A DNA stretch of 64,000 nt, taken from positions 12,898,001 through 12,962,000 of the forward strand of contig NC_087263.1 of the NCBI RefSeq assembly GCF_037042905.1. Reading direction: 5' to 3'. How positions within the stretch are numbered: the stretch's first letter is position 1; each line of letters begins with the position of its first letter. A program made the position numbers and the translations under genes. Positions 49,611-63,266 of the stretch are shown here, piece by piece. The notes beneath the pieces are model-generated. The model had not been told where the DNA came from. It made no database searches and saw only the letters and a program-made list of their open reading frames with translations. The stretch is from Lytechinus pictus. Its lineage: Eukaryota.

Positions 49611-51179
49611 TAGGTTACTTGAATAAAAAAGTGTAATCATGTTGTACTGGAGGGGGACGTGGATCTTACAGGTATTAACTCCGTTAAAACGAACCAGCTC
49701 CTAATAACTTCTCTGTAAAAGTAACGATTATTGCACTGCGTTATTTTAGAGCGCTAATCGAAATTTGATTACAATAATTGACAAGCGCTATAAAGCTGGT
49801 AAAATCATACTATCTTTACAGACATAAATGTAAGGAACGAGAGATGGAAAGAATTCTGATTAGTTCAACTGAACACCGCCTGTACAAAGATAAAAGACTA
49901 TTTGAAAAGCCAGTGATAACGATTTTTAGTTCAATCTTGTTTTAGTGATAACTACGCTTAATCCTTAGAATCTTGGATTCTTGGAATATTGTAAATGCGC
50001 GAATCTAAGGCAGAATGGGTGTTATCATTTGGCATTTATAGACTTTTCAGTCACAAAATATAGCCATGGGGACGAACGATACATTTTTATAGAATGTAAC
50101 AGTTTTATCGTCACCCGCTTAGCTCGCTTGCACGTTTTAGATTTTGTGACAGGATACTCATTGTCTGCCTACTCCCAGCTCACAGTGCAGTTTGCGCAAA
50201 TAAGACACGTTTTACAATGGTTTCTCTTTTGTATACCTTTGTTTTGTATAACCATGCTCATACGCAAACCAGTACCTGTTTTCATTTTATAAAGAAATCA
50301 TTGAAGAAACCTTCCTTCACATACTGACATTAAGTGAAACAAGATACCAAGCTAAACAAACATCAAACTGAATCACGAAGATCTGGGAAGCATTCTATGA
50401 AACAAATAGCCAGTGATTTTCACAAACAATACGCACACAACCAATCAGATCCAAGGATTCCAGTAGCTTATAACAAATATCTAGTGAAAATCACGGACTA
50501 TTCGTAGGGCGAAATGCTTCACGGTTAAAGATGTTGGTTTTTTTTTCATTACTGGGCATAAGATGTGCATGAAGAAGCAAATTTAATATTCATATTTCCT
50601 TTCGAGTAAGGGAAGATGGTGTATCATAGTTTTAACAAAATGACATCGCAAATCACTTCAAAAAATTAGATTCTTAAAACTATCCGATTACAGATTACGA
50701 AGATAATCGAATCTGTTCATAAATATTCAGCAGAGGGCTTACAAATTTAAATTGCTTATACTGGATCTGAACCATTCTATCATCAAAGGAAAGTAATATA
50801 CATGTAAGTCATTCAACCAAGTGTGCTGAAATACGCAGTGTTGGACTCGACATCATGTCCCCAATTTGTTCGTATATTGGATAGTATAGAGATGTCATTG
50901 TGACGGTTCCACACTGTGGAAACCACTACGGTGTGATTATTCGCATTGTGCTAACACAGTGTACCCTGGGGAAAATGTGATTCACACTGTCAAATTCACA
51001 GTGTGGAGACTGTGGACACCTATACATATTGATTGTTCACATTGTGTTCTCTTAGTAGACTGTGGGAGATGCGATTCACACTGTTTAATACGCTCAAATG
51101 TATAGCAATGTGGAGACTTTTCAAGACTGTGGACACCTGCACAGTATGAGTATTGACAGTGTGTTCATACGCTTAATTA

Positions 51180-52355
51180 TAAACCTCTCTTTAAGAAAGT
51201 CGAATAATCCGTTCCTCTGATTGGTCAAAACTGAGGTCATGTAAACGACCATGCCTGCAAAACAACAAACGAAGGTGGTAACCAAGGGCAACGGGCATAG
51301 TTAACAAGATTTCTGCCCGTTGCCCCCTGACCCGCCCCTTAACGACGGGCATAGCAAAATTTGGCTGAGATCCCCATTTGATTGCATGCAAAATGTTACT
51401 TTCTGCGGTGATTGCGGATACCATAAATATCCGCGCGATTTGATCGATTTTTTTTTGACAATTCGCGCATTTACGCGCTTATTGCGCAAGTGCGCGCAAC
51501 GGATAAGACATATCGATGGAACGATGCCGATCTTTGACTTTTGCTTGTTAATTCTTGTTAAAATATATGGCATTATTGAAAAGAAGACTAACTTATTAAG
51601 GACATAACGGATGTATCAATCATCAAGTGTTGTTGCAGTTGTTCGTTCAAATGCATGCTCGCAAAAGGTGAGTCGGGTAAAAAGATAGGACAGTCACTGC
51701 ACTTTCTAAAGTAAGATTTATAATAAAGTAACGTTAGAGTCTAGACTACTCGTTAGGTATGACAAACGACAGCGTTTGGTACGGTAATTTTGTCGTAAGA
51801 TCTAACGTTTTTGTCGTTAGCTTAGGAGTTAAGAGTAGACTCAAGATCTAAGTTAGGCTAGATCTAACTAGACCTAGGCCTAATGTTCCGTTTAATCTTA
51901 GATCTGACGTAGCCGAGATCTAATTTAGATCTAGACTTTAATGGAGATTTAAGACTGTTATTGTTAACGTATCTAGAGACTTAAGAGTAGTTCAGACCCT
52001 AATTTGGTTCCTAAAAATATCTAGGCCTAGTACTAGTAGATCTAATTGGTATGGACTGCTTTGATATTCGACTTCGAAACCTAACGTCAAGGGCAGGGCT
52101 AAGTTAGGGCCTAACGTTAGCCTCGGGCCTAGGGCTTTCAGGCCTAACCTTGTTTAAGATCTAGATCTAATGTTTAATTCGGTTCATAAAATATATATGG
52201 ACTGCTTTTATATTCGAGACCCGGTTGTTTCTTTCGGCTCGCGGGTACCGCATCGGCCAGACCATGCCCTCGGCCAAAGCCCTCGGGCATAGTCGCGTTG
52301 CGGTCCCCTTGAGCCTCTAGAAACAACCATGCCTCTCAAAGCAGTCCATATATCT
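51180..52355. mobile_element. Unclassified ~1.2-kb element with terminal hairpins and TCTAGATCT-rich core
   Basis: Interrupts the ACAGTGT-rich repeat. 157-bp imperfect palindrome at 52195-52351 and a short hairpin at ~51291-51320. Confidence 0.55.
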
Positions 52356-55300
52356 ATACTTTGTCTGTAGGTAGACCCAAAAATTCATTCACGCTGTTAA
52401 AATGCTAAAATTCAACACTGTCAGACTGTGGAGACAATATACACATCATGTGCACTTCTATAGTGTATGTTCACAGTGTGTTCACGTAGCGGACTATGTA
52501 AACATGATTTGCGCTGGTAAAATGATAGAGTTAAACAGTGTGTGAGAATGTACACACTGTGTATACCTATACAGTGTTCACAGCGTGTTTACATAGTGAA
52601 CTATGACAAAATGTAATTCATACTAATAAAAATTTAACAGTGTGGAAATTATTCTTACTGTGGACACCGCTATGGTGTAAGTACGAATATGTGCTCACAT
52701 TCTGGATTATATGGGATAAAAGTGATTCGCACTGTTCACACGTTAAAATCTAACAGTGTGGTGACAATCTCACACTGTTGTTCAACAATGTGAACACACT
52801 ATGGGACGATGCGTGCGGGAGAAATATAATTATTTTCCAACGAACATGTATATAAGTTACATGTATAAGAATAGAATGACATTCCAGAATTCAACCAATT
52901 TGGATTCATGCAAAAAAAAGAGCCTTCTGTCGGTTTACTAACTTAATACTGTGTTGTGACGTCACAGAGCTTAGGGCAGTTATTCTACATTCATATCTTT
53001 GCAAGATCTATCTTTACCTTCAATCGATATTGCCTACGGGATAATATTGTTTCTACAAAGGGCACGCAATAATCATGATATAGATTAAAACGTAATCCCG
53101 CCATTTTCCTTTCGAAAGTAGAAAGGAAGGTGTCATTATTTCTACATGTATGTAACTCTTGATTATCGAGTAATGCAAGCAAACACAGACGAGTCTGAAA
53201 CCGATAGCCTCTGGACACCCCTTCTGAGATTTTGCATATCCTTATTCTTCCGTATGGTATATCCTATATTTATCTTCCCTTCAATGCATTGATTAGTTGC
53301 GTCCATCGACTCCTTTGCCGTGTAATAGTGAATACTATTCCCTTCAGTCCCGCTCTCAGGGTCTATTTGACTGAAAGTCAGGATCTTTCAATAACACAGG
53401 ATATAGTTTACTAATAGGGAAGGCAATAACATTGCTCTCCAGTGGCCCTCTCATAACAGATGCGAGCAAGAGCATTGTCAAGTAATGTAATAAATTCCTT
53501 TAGATTGTAGGGCATTGTATTATTACCATTCGTTTATCAATATTGCATTTTCTAAAATTAGTCCTTGCGACCGCCGGCTGACATTTATCCGCCACAATGC
53601 CGGGACGCCGGTCGTGATCTCGGAGCTTCCGTTTGAACCCGCATGTATTTGTTTAGGTCTTGGAAAAGGATCATACTGGCTCTAAATAAACAGGCGCCAA
53701 ATACACGAAGGAGGACAGTTGCGCTCCTCCGAAGAATCCGGATAAAAAGTCAAAAAGAGAGCAAGCGTATCCCTGGTTTTGTTTTGGAGAAGATGTGGGG
53801 AGAAAAATCCGAGAAACGAATAAGTACGTGTTCGAAACAAAAAATATAAATTGTATTATAATCAGATCCCCACCCAACCCCATTATCTCTTTCTTTTTAT
53901 CCGTGTCTTTTTCAGTCTATTTATCTTCAAAATAAGCACCCAATTTCCGTTGTAGCCTCTCTGTTACCATCCTGAGAAACAGAGCATAAACTACAACTGA
54001 AATCCATTCATATAAATAATTTCAATATATATGCCTTTCAATCTGTGTAGTTAATCCTTGAATTATATGCCTCCTTACAATTTCATTGTAAAAAAAGACC
54101 CAAAGATAAAGTTGTTTGTATATAGCAGTTAACGTTAAAATACTGAGATTACTTGGGATTTAATTCGGGCACTGATTTCATAATTATTCATGATTCTCAT
54201 TTGTCTCAATACACAACGATATCATATATTCTTGATTACATATTTTAATGTATATAGCGACAAGAAAATATAAGAACAAAACCAATGGAAAACGTAATTA
54301 AAATCTGATTTAAGGATTTGACCTAAATATAGTATCTTGCCGACCGGAGTCGGGGTAACCACTGTTCTATTTCAAGCAAGTGACCTTTGCAGGGGGTTGT
54401 AGAGGGCTAATAAGAAACAACTATTGTTATTGACTATGTTCTGCTTTGTTGTTTTTAAGATAAATCTGAAGGAAAATAATTATTATGGGCATTCATGATT
54501 ATTGATGAAGAGCCATTTGACGACTAACGGTTCTACTTTCCCATCCCTTTCTTCCTACCAATAATAATTAGATTGATTTTTTCCCACAGAATAATAAGAA
54601 CAGTTACACCCACGAAACCGATTCCAGACCGATCAAAGCTATTACGTTATTTCCAATGATATACCATCGGTAGGCTTGCAGCCGGTTTCGTTGATGTGAC
54701 ATGAGAATGACTCCATACATAAAAAGGAAGATTCTGATGAAAGAAGTAGTTAACATTTTGAAAACGATCATTAGCATGGCCCGATGGATGACGGTGATAT
54801 TTTAAGCACATATTATCTATGTTATGCTCCCTTCCGGGAATCGCATATTACCATTTTCCATTGCCAAGAGAGAAGTAATCAATCTGAAGTCTATGCATGG
54901 CCCTTATCGTGTTATTTATTCACTGATTTCTCTCTTAGTTCGCTTCGTTATTCATGCATTCAATCAATTAATATTGTTTAGCTTGTCACTTTCATCTTAT
55001 TCATAGTTTACACCACTTCACCTCTTTTGTTTAGTTCTTAATTTTTATCTTAGTTGTAATCAGTCTATTCATCAGTTTACTTTTGTTTTCTTATTCGTAA
55101 CTTTTAGTAATGTGGCTTTATACCCATCCCAGAACTAACAAATAAATATATATATTTTTTATGTAAATTGCTTTCAAGTTCCAATTAAATACTATTACGT
55201 GTCTATGAGAGGGTGTATTGTGTGTGAATTTCGTGTGTATACGCACGCAAAGATGTGTGTGTCAGGGTAAAATAGGCGAACGTGCGGGTGTGCGCACATA

Positions 55301-56039
55301 CTGGAGTCGCGACCGTTCTAGTTATAAACACTATTTTCAATTATAGATATTTTTCAAAGAGTTTCATCATCAATATGAAGGAAGTAAACATGGCAAAACA
55401 TTTTGAAAGGCATGTGCAATCAAGAAAATTATCCTGCTTCTAATACTGAGTACTGCTATTGTTATTATTGTTTCCATAATCATCGTCAAAAAACAATACA
55501 ATTACAATAATGAGCATAATGACGATGATGATGAGGATGATGAAAATAATAATAAAATGATATTAATAATGATGATAACAATTAAAAATGATTACGATAT
55601 TACAGATACTAATTATTTAAACCATTCTTATCATGAAATTCATTTCGTTATAATTATAAGAGATATCAATATCATAAAAATAATATCAATTTCGAATTAT
55701 TTCTATATCATTTCAGGTAGTAATAGTACCCAGATAAACACACATATTCTAAGGATCACGGCTCATAAACTAATTGTAATGCAACTACTTGCTACTACTT
55801 TTCTACCATAACACCGTTGGATAGACAAATAAAAAGAGGAGTAAGGAAAGGTCAGATATGCGTATTGGAAGCAAAAGTTTCTTTTGAATGTCATAAAAGC
55901 AACATTATATTTTCCACAATAGTCGAAGAAAGAAGAAAAAGGATCTTTATTGAACCTAAGATAACAAAAATCCATAACAGAAAAATCTGTTAAATTTGGA
56001 ATTTGGTAGACCAAATGAAAGATAATTTGAATTAATTAT

Positions 56040-56170
56040 AATGACAGTATTAATGAAATAAAAAGATAATAATAAATAATAATACTGATAATACTAATAA
56101 TGATAATAATCATCATTATAATAATTCTATTGATAATAATAATGATAATCATAATTATATTGATAATTAA
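56040..56170. repeat. (AAT)n-rich microsatellite
   Basis: Degenerate ATA/ATC/ATG run just inside gene B intron 1. Confidence 0.8.
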
Positions 56171-56257
56171 AATATAGGGGATTTCTATAGCGCACATGCT
56201 CAAGACGCGAAATGAAAAAAATATATAAAAACAAAATCATAAAGTGATATCACTCAC

Positions 56258-56324
56258 CAGAAATGATGATAAAAAGTAACGCCAACTGGCTACTGGATAT
56301 GAAAACTCCAATCATCGCGAACAT
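56258..56324 (-). CDS. Gene B exon 1: start codon and signal peptide
   Basis: ATG at 56324: MFAMIGVFISSSQLALLFIIIS+G, donor CTG|gtgagt, phase 1. Size (67 bp vs 64 bp) and phase match gene A exon 1. Confidence 0.78.
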
Positions 56325-56669
56325 CTATTATTTTGTTGCTCCTTTTCGAATCAGGGGCGATGATCTTGGCGTTGCTATCTCGAGGAGAAAAACTTTAAAG
56401 ATATAACAATAATAAGTTGCGCTCTCTGCCAGCGTCCAGCACTGAAGATAAAGTAACGGATCCTCAAGCAACAGGTGTACTCCCTCCCGCCCTGTGGTCG
56501 CGGGGAGTATTTCTCCTTTTCACATGCACATCGCCAGAGCCTAACTCCCATGTACTACCCCTTTTCAAATACCCAAGTCACGAAATTAACTTAACCATCA
56601 ACATGGAAATCTTGGAGAGTCAAGCGTCCAATCTTGGGGGAAAAGAGCCAGTACCGTCCAGTCGCTAAA

Positions 56670-57100
56670 CCTGGATTGAATTTAAAGTTAAGAGTGATTA
56701 TCTGTTTTATCTACCAGCCGCATAAATGAAAAGCTGCTAATTCGGTTGCCCCTCCCCCTTTCTCGCTTAGCGGATATCGCTCCCGTAGCCACCTTCGATT
56801 TGTCTTCATGGTATCCTCAATGGATTTGACCGACATTCGCCACGAGTAATTACCCTTGAGCGAACCAAAACGAAGAACCACGCTCAAGAAATCTTTCGCC
56901 GTAGTTTACTTAGCCGCGTGGGCAGCGGGAAGCGAAACGAGAGGGAGAAAAAAAACCAAATCCCCAAGTCATCAGCCAATACCCTTTCTCCCTGCGCACC
57001 TCCTTTTCTCTCTTCATCCTACCCACAACGGTCGTCCATTCGATAACGAATCGGGTCATTTCGGAGCATCTCGGCGGAGGCAAATCTTATATACGAAATA
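56670..57100 (-). promoter_or_regulatory. Putative promoter region of gene B
   Basis: Repeat-free, CpG-enriched stretch upstream of the ATG. Minus-strand GATAAAA (56711-56705), Inr-like TCAATCC (~56677), CCAAT at ~56976. Confidence 0.3.
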
Positions 57101-59260
57101 TTGGCTCAAGGATAATTAGGACCTTCATTACGAAATAACAACGGAAGATTGATAGGGGATACGCGAATGCCTTTTCTCCAGCCTGACGAAGTGAACAGGG
57201 CAGAAGTAGTCATAAAGATACATCAGAACACTTTAATGCCCGCCATCATCATTTGAAATCGTGTTGTGCCCACCGGGGATACTATTTACGTATGTCTACA
57301 ATGTCATTTCCGATGCGGCCTGAAAGCGTTGATAGAACGTTCCCATTGCCGTTTCCTCAGAGGAGAATGTGCTAAATGTAGAATCCTAAGTAGCAAATAC
57401 TTCAAGCCCCCGTCATACAATAGATGGAACTAAAACGTTCACTTTTAATCATGTGCTTTAAATAAAAAGTATTGTTCTCAGTAGTTTTGAGGAAGTATGC
57501 CTTACTATCTTTTCCTGGGAGGTGAGATGGGATGTGACTCATTTTGCTGGATAATAAATATACATCATAGAAAAATACGTTTTACAGTGTCCAACTGTCG
57601 ATTCCAAAATACTAAAAATATTGCAGTCCAGAGAGAATTACCTAACTAAAACAATGTGGTGGTCGTTATTTCTCTGATATCCAAAGTAAACAGCTATGAT
57701 CAATATATGACTGCTATCATTATACCTGGAGAATGCGAAAAATGAAAGTGCGTTGCTTTGTTTTTATATCTTTTGAAAAAAAAAGTGCATTGTATTGTGA
57801 AATTTATCATGTAGATAGATGTGTATAGATCTACATAAGATGTGAACCGAGTACAATTGTTGTATAATCTTGTATAATGCAGCAAGACTACCGTGGCATG
57901 GTGATAGCTGTTACGTTCATTGAGTTTCGAGGAGTGAATTCCTGTTAGGGACCCAATTATCTAACCTGTAGACGTAACATAAAGGTTAGAGATTAATCGT
58001 ATGCTTGGTTTTCACAATCAATGGTACATCGTAGCAAATTGAATCAATCGTTAAAAGAATGTTCTACGATTACTACTATGCTTTGTGATATTGGTCCCTG
58101 GTAAACGTTTCATAAGGCGAATCGTTAAGTTAGGAACGACTTTACGAGCGACAGGAACGTGTTCACAGGATCTAAATTGGTTACGTAGACGTTTTAAGGA
58201 TAATTTATATCGTATAGCCAATGAACGAACACCTTTATGAAACACCCACCTGGGTTGAGTGCAGCAAAATATTGACTAAACTGTTGTATGTTGATTTGTG
58301 CAGATATTCATAGGCAAAGCTTGTCAAGTAATTCCGCAAGTCCTTAACAAACCTTTCTATGGGGAACTGTGCAGCGGTTCATGGGCAAAGTATGTAAGAC
58401 ATTCGCAGGATGGTGCTTCATTCTAAGAGAGTGGTTTCAAAACAATACATCAAAAATAGGAATAAAGTTTATCAGCTATTTTTCGGCTATAACGGTGTCC
58501 AAATATATAATCATATCGACTTTCAACTACATTTCGTACGGTAGCCCCTACAGATCACCTCTGAAGTGTGTTCACGTCACATCGCTTTCATCAGCGGTGA
58601 TATTTATTTATATCATACCACTAGTTTCGTCACACTATAGCCAATGTTCCTCAATTGGCAAATTATTATCGATGTCTGAATTAACTCACGTGACGCTGCG
58701 TGGACCAATCACTGAACAGCATTTCTTTAGTAGATAATAATGCCAGTTACCACCATCGCGTTGGGGGTAACTCCGCAGTGATAACAAGCTTTGCATCCAA
58801 TTAATTTACGCTGACCCTTTGTGTTCACGAATCGGTGCTCTTTGTATTTACAATGTTTTTTTCCGTTCCAATTTCCCATATGACATGATCAGCAACCTTT
58901 TAGATTACGAAACTAAAGAAATAAAAATCGAGATTCCCACTGCGACAATTATGCCTAATTTCCACGCCGTAGTTTCTTCCGATGACATTGATCAAATTTA
59001 TGCATCAAGTCATTAGCTTTTAATTAGATATTAGATGAAATCTTGACTTGAAAAACATCGGGAAAACAACAACCATTATACGGGCAATTTTCATGATTAG
59101 AAGGAAGGGGCAGAATTGAGAAACAAATTTGATTCATGTTTTTTTTTTTATTGTTGGAAGTAAGCCAGGGCTTGTGAACGATTTCTGAACAGGGAGTGCT
59201 GGTTTTGACCAAAACAAATAACAAGCAACAACAAAAAAGTTTTCAAAGCAAAAGTGTTGT

Positions 59261-59520
59261 GGAGCGTTGTGGTCCAGTGGATTAGTCTCCGGACCTTGAA
59301 ACATGGGGTCTTGGGTTCAAATTCCAGCCAAGGCGTAATTTTCTTCAGCAAGAAATTGATCCACACTGTGCTGCGCTCAACCCAGGTGAGGTGAATGGGT
59401 ACCTGGTAGGAATTCATTCCTTGAAACGTGTGTGCGCTGTAATGTTAGTAATTACGGCTGCCAAGCTACAGCCAGGTTAATAATATCCAAGTCCTTTAGA
59501 AGCGCATAGAGATATTATAA
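59261..59520 (+). mobile_element. tRNA-derived SINE, near full length
   Basis: A-box TGGTCCAGTGG, B-box GGTTCAAATTCC, core CTCAACCCAGGTGAGGTGAATGGGTACCTGG, and L2-like tail AAGCGCATAGAG. Confidence 0.8.
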
Positions 59521-60778
59521 TTCATAATGTGGCATACGCGAGATTATCAAAATGAAGCTTATGTGGGCCACAATAAAAATGACAAGGACAAAATAGTTTT
59601 TCGCTCCAAGGTGAAGCAAAATGTGGTCAAACTTATTTTAAGCGTACCAACATTATTTCCCGGGGATGCTGCCTATGGTGTATGTGATTTAACATTCTTC
59701 CCAGCTGCCCGCTTCATAGGACCATGCAAAGAAAGAGAATGCGTCCTTTGTTTCCAAAAGTAGTTCCGGTTTGTTTGATTGCTTGACAACAGAGGTCATC
59801 TCTGTTCTTGCTTTCTGTTGGAATTTTATTATTTTCAGTCTTGGTTGGATGTTTTGTTTTATTATCCATTTGAACTGTATGGTATTCTTCCTTAAGCTCT
59901 TTTTCCCCATCAATATTCAACTGATACTGGCGTAGAATGAGATAGCAACTTGCTTCGCCCGATCCGAATGAAATCAGTATGTGCAGAAAAAGTGAATACT
60001 AAATCAACCAAACAAGCCATGGTAGTATAGGGAAATATATTAACACATAGTATGTTTTCTGTAAAGGGGTTACAATTAACGGAGTTCTGCAAAAAGAACA
60101 TTTACAGGGCTTTTTTTTATTCTGATACAAAACCAAGAAAAAATCACATGTATTTCTAAATAGATTTACCACTCCAGAAAAAGCAGAAACGGCAGGTATG
60201 AAAAATAATAAGAAACCCAACAAGAAGCTGCAGGCGTCCCATGACGTTTTAGAATGCATAATGTAATCTGTACTTACAGAATACATTACTGTAATTGGCT
60301 TTCGTGATTTTCCTTTTAAACAAGAAACAAAGGGAACAACGCGATAATAAAAACTCAAGGCAGTAGTTTTAGCAAGCAAAGCCTACACACCAAATGTAAG
60401 ATTTTAGTTTGAATCATGGATAATGCAAAGTGTTTTTTTTTTTGCCAATTCTAAAGTAATTGCTGCTTATTTTTTAACCTTTTTGGACAATACGCTTCCC
60501 GCATTGGATAAAATACTGCCCCAAATTGGTTGGACACATAATTACCCTCGTGTTGGTAAAAATTTTACCCAATATTTTTTACAGTGTTTATGACTATCTC
60601 ACCCCCCCCCCCCCGATACCACGTAAAGCCTCAGTAAAAATGCCATGAATACAGTAATATCACGGTAATATTATATAAATAGTAATTCAGAAAAGTATAC
60701 GTTATCGCGGAAAACACTGCAGATGGATACACGTCACTCTGACAAAAGAATCTTTTACATACAATAATTAGATTAAAG

Positions 60779-61075
60779 ATAAATGCCAGTTGTGGTTACG
60801 GTCGCAAAATGAGTTCGAACAAATTCCAATGAAATGACCACCCAAGTGTTTGTATGTCTTGATCAAAAAAAATATGTGGCAAATGGCTGTTGAAAAAAAA
60901 AAATGTTTAATTGCTGATAAATGAGGAAAATAAGCACGGAATTCGATAATATGTCGGTTAATTTTCGAAACAATATTAGCACCCTGTCCAACATATATAT
61001 ATTGTGTTAGTTTTCATCAGAATTCTCAGTATTCTCATGAAAGAATTGTTTGCTGCAAATACTTTCTTTTACCTT
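60779..61075. mobile_element. Decayed TTAA-flanked (Kolobok-type) MITE
   Basis: TTAA|AGATAAATGCCAGTTGTGG ... TTTACCT|TTAA. Confidence 0.5.
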
Positions 61076-62408
61076 TAAGAATCATTAATTATTATTAGTA
61101 ATGTCAATTTAATTGCAAATATGTTTTGCAAAGAAGTTCAATACAACTTGCGTATATATGACTATGGTATCACTGGAATCGGGATTCATTCATTGCAGTC
61201 ATTCGCTTTGACTTTGACAAAGATCTAATTTACATCGCAAGCTCTCCCCACGGAATAATTTTGCAATGATTAGGGCACAAATATTTATGACAAATATTTA
61301 GCGTATATTTCTCTGTCAGTATATATGATTTATAACGAATAAAGATTTACTCTGTAATAGTAGGTCTACATTAGTATTCCTCCTTCATGATTTTACAAGA
61401 TGCATCAGTTTATCCCACTGGAGTCACCTTGAGATATGCTAAGTCCCTGAGGATAATCTGCGCATATAAACATATAATCTGCACATATCAAATTATATCT
61501 TGTTTTATTAGTGTGTGGTTTTGATAATGCCGGCGTTGTATCTCATTAATTTGCTACATTCATTAAACAGCACGTCCAAGTATAAATAGCCCATGGATTT
61601 ATATAACGCATGATATCAGGCCTATAAATGATGTAAGGTGTAGCCTACGGAGGCACAGCATGAGATTCTTTATTCTATTTCTTTTAAAAATAACCTGCGT
61701 TTGAAAATATTACGTCATGCAATAAAATACTAGCTATTTGCAATTTGATGTTGAAAGTTCGAAGTTGGACTTGATTGGTGTATTTAAAGTCACATTTAAG
61801 TATGCATTTAAAAATTGCATAACATTATTATTTCTATCAATTAATGGAATGGAATGCATGTATAAAAGACAAAGAAATATGAAGTAATTTTTAACCATCA
61901 CTTGGCAACATACTGTCCACATAACTATTGGTTAAAATCTGTCCACATTGGGTAATAAAACTAATAATTGGGTCATAAATTTGCTCGATTGGATAATAAT
62001 TGACTTGAATATATAAATATTTCTTTTTTACCAACACACATTACCCAACACAGTGGACAGTATGTTGCACAACATTTTAAGTGCGTATGGTTATCAGCCT
62101 CTGATGTTAAATTTCTCTCATACACTCCACCAGTGCAAATAGTTTTGGATAGGTTGTTCTTCATACAAAACAAGTTATATTTTTTCCTTGCATCGTATGA
62201 TAATTTTTCCACAATTTCTTACAATGAGCATCGGCCCTAAGATATGCAGCTATGGTGCGTGGGTGCTCCTTGTGGTTAAGTCACTTCGGGAATGTAAGAA
62301 AGCCATGCCAAATTAGATTGCCAACCCTTTATAATACCCACTCTGCCATTATAGAATAACTAAACAAAAGTACAGCATTGCTTCTAATTTATCTAAAATA
62401 ACACATAA

Positions 62409-62796
62409 TAAATGAAGAGGCTTTAATAGGAGGAATTTATAATTTGTTTACAAATTTTCTGCATTACTCCTATTTGTTTATTTGCCGAAAATGTGTAAAC
62501 AAATTATAATTTCCTCCTATTAAAGCCTCTTCATTTACTATCTATTGTCCACGGCGGACGGCATTCGGATACTAATGAGTCAGAAAGAAGAGGATCGAGG
62601 GTATTTGAATTCCAGTTCATCGTGGCTTGGCCGTGAACCAGAATAGCCTGGTGGTTAAGTCGCTGCCCGGAAAGCAGTAGATGGCAGGTTCGAATCCCAC
62701 TGGTTCCAATTTTTTCTGACTTATTATTTTCATTGCAGATCGAGCTTACTGATCTTAAACAAATAGGAGTAATGCTGAAAATTTGTAAACAAATTA
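62409..62796. mobile_element. Compact element with split inverted repeats and a tRNA-like segment
   Basis: 62409-62459 pairs with 62487-62537 (49/51); 62440-62480 pairs with 62756-62796 (40/41). Pol III A/B-box tRNA-like stretch at 62635-62708. Confidence 0.7.
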
Positions 62797-62799
62797 AAA

Positions 62800-63266
62800 A
62801 ACACAGTTTATACAGTGCGAAATACACAGTGAAATCATCTTAACTCTCACTGCTAAAAAGAACACAGTGTCTTGACAATTGATGAGATAATTCCTCTTGC
62901 AGCTCCAAAAAGCTAAACTGGAATGAACTTTGTAATATGTCATGAAAGATTGATGTCATAGTGAAGATCTCTATTTTACAATAAAAGGAGAGTGCTATGT
63001 GCAAGTAAAAACCTGGATACATCTTAAAGAACAAGAGATCCGGTTGGAAGCTGCAGATGTCTTATAATGGGAAGCACCGCCTCTTTGAATGCTGGTAGAC
63101 CTGTTTTGTATACAACTTCGCCAGGCAGGTGGTTCCACATTCGGATTGTCCTTGGGAAGAAGGAGCATTTGTAGGAATCAATTGACGATTTTGACACAGC
63201 AAATTTCAGTGTATGGTCCTTCCTTGCAAGATATGGTACCGGAGTGACTATAGCTGGCTTTGGCAT
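62800..63266 (-). mobile_element. CR1-type LINE 3' end fragment
   Basis: SSIDSYKCSFFPRTIRMWNHLPGEVV...LPAFK, a typical CR1 ORF2 C-terminus, followed by 3' UTR. Confidence 0.8.

Noticed and set aside
62635..62708. Functional tRNA-Ser(GGA) gene
   Set aside because: The acceptor stem is out of register, the T-stem is mismatched, C replaces U33 and there is no long variable arm. It is also embedded in a repeat.
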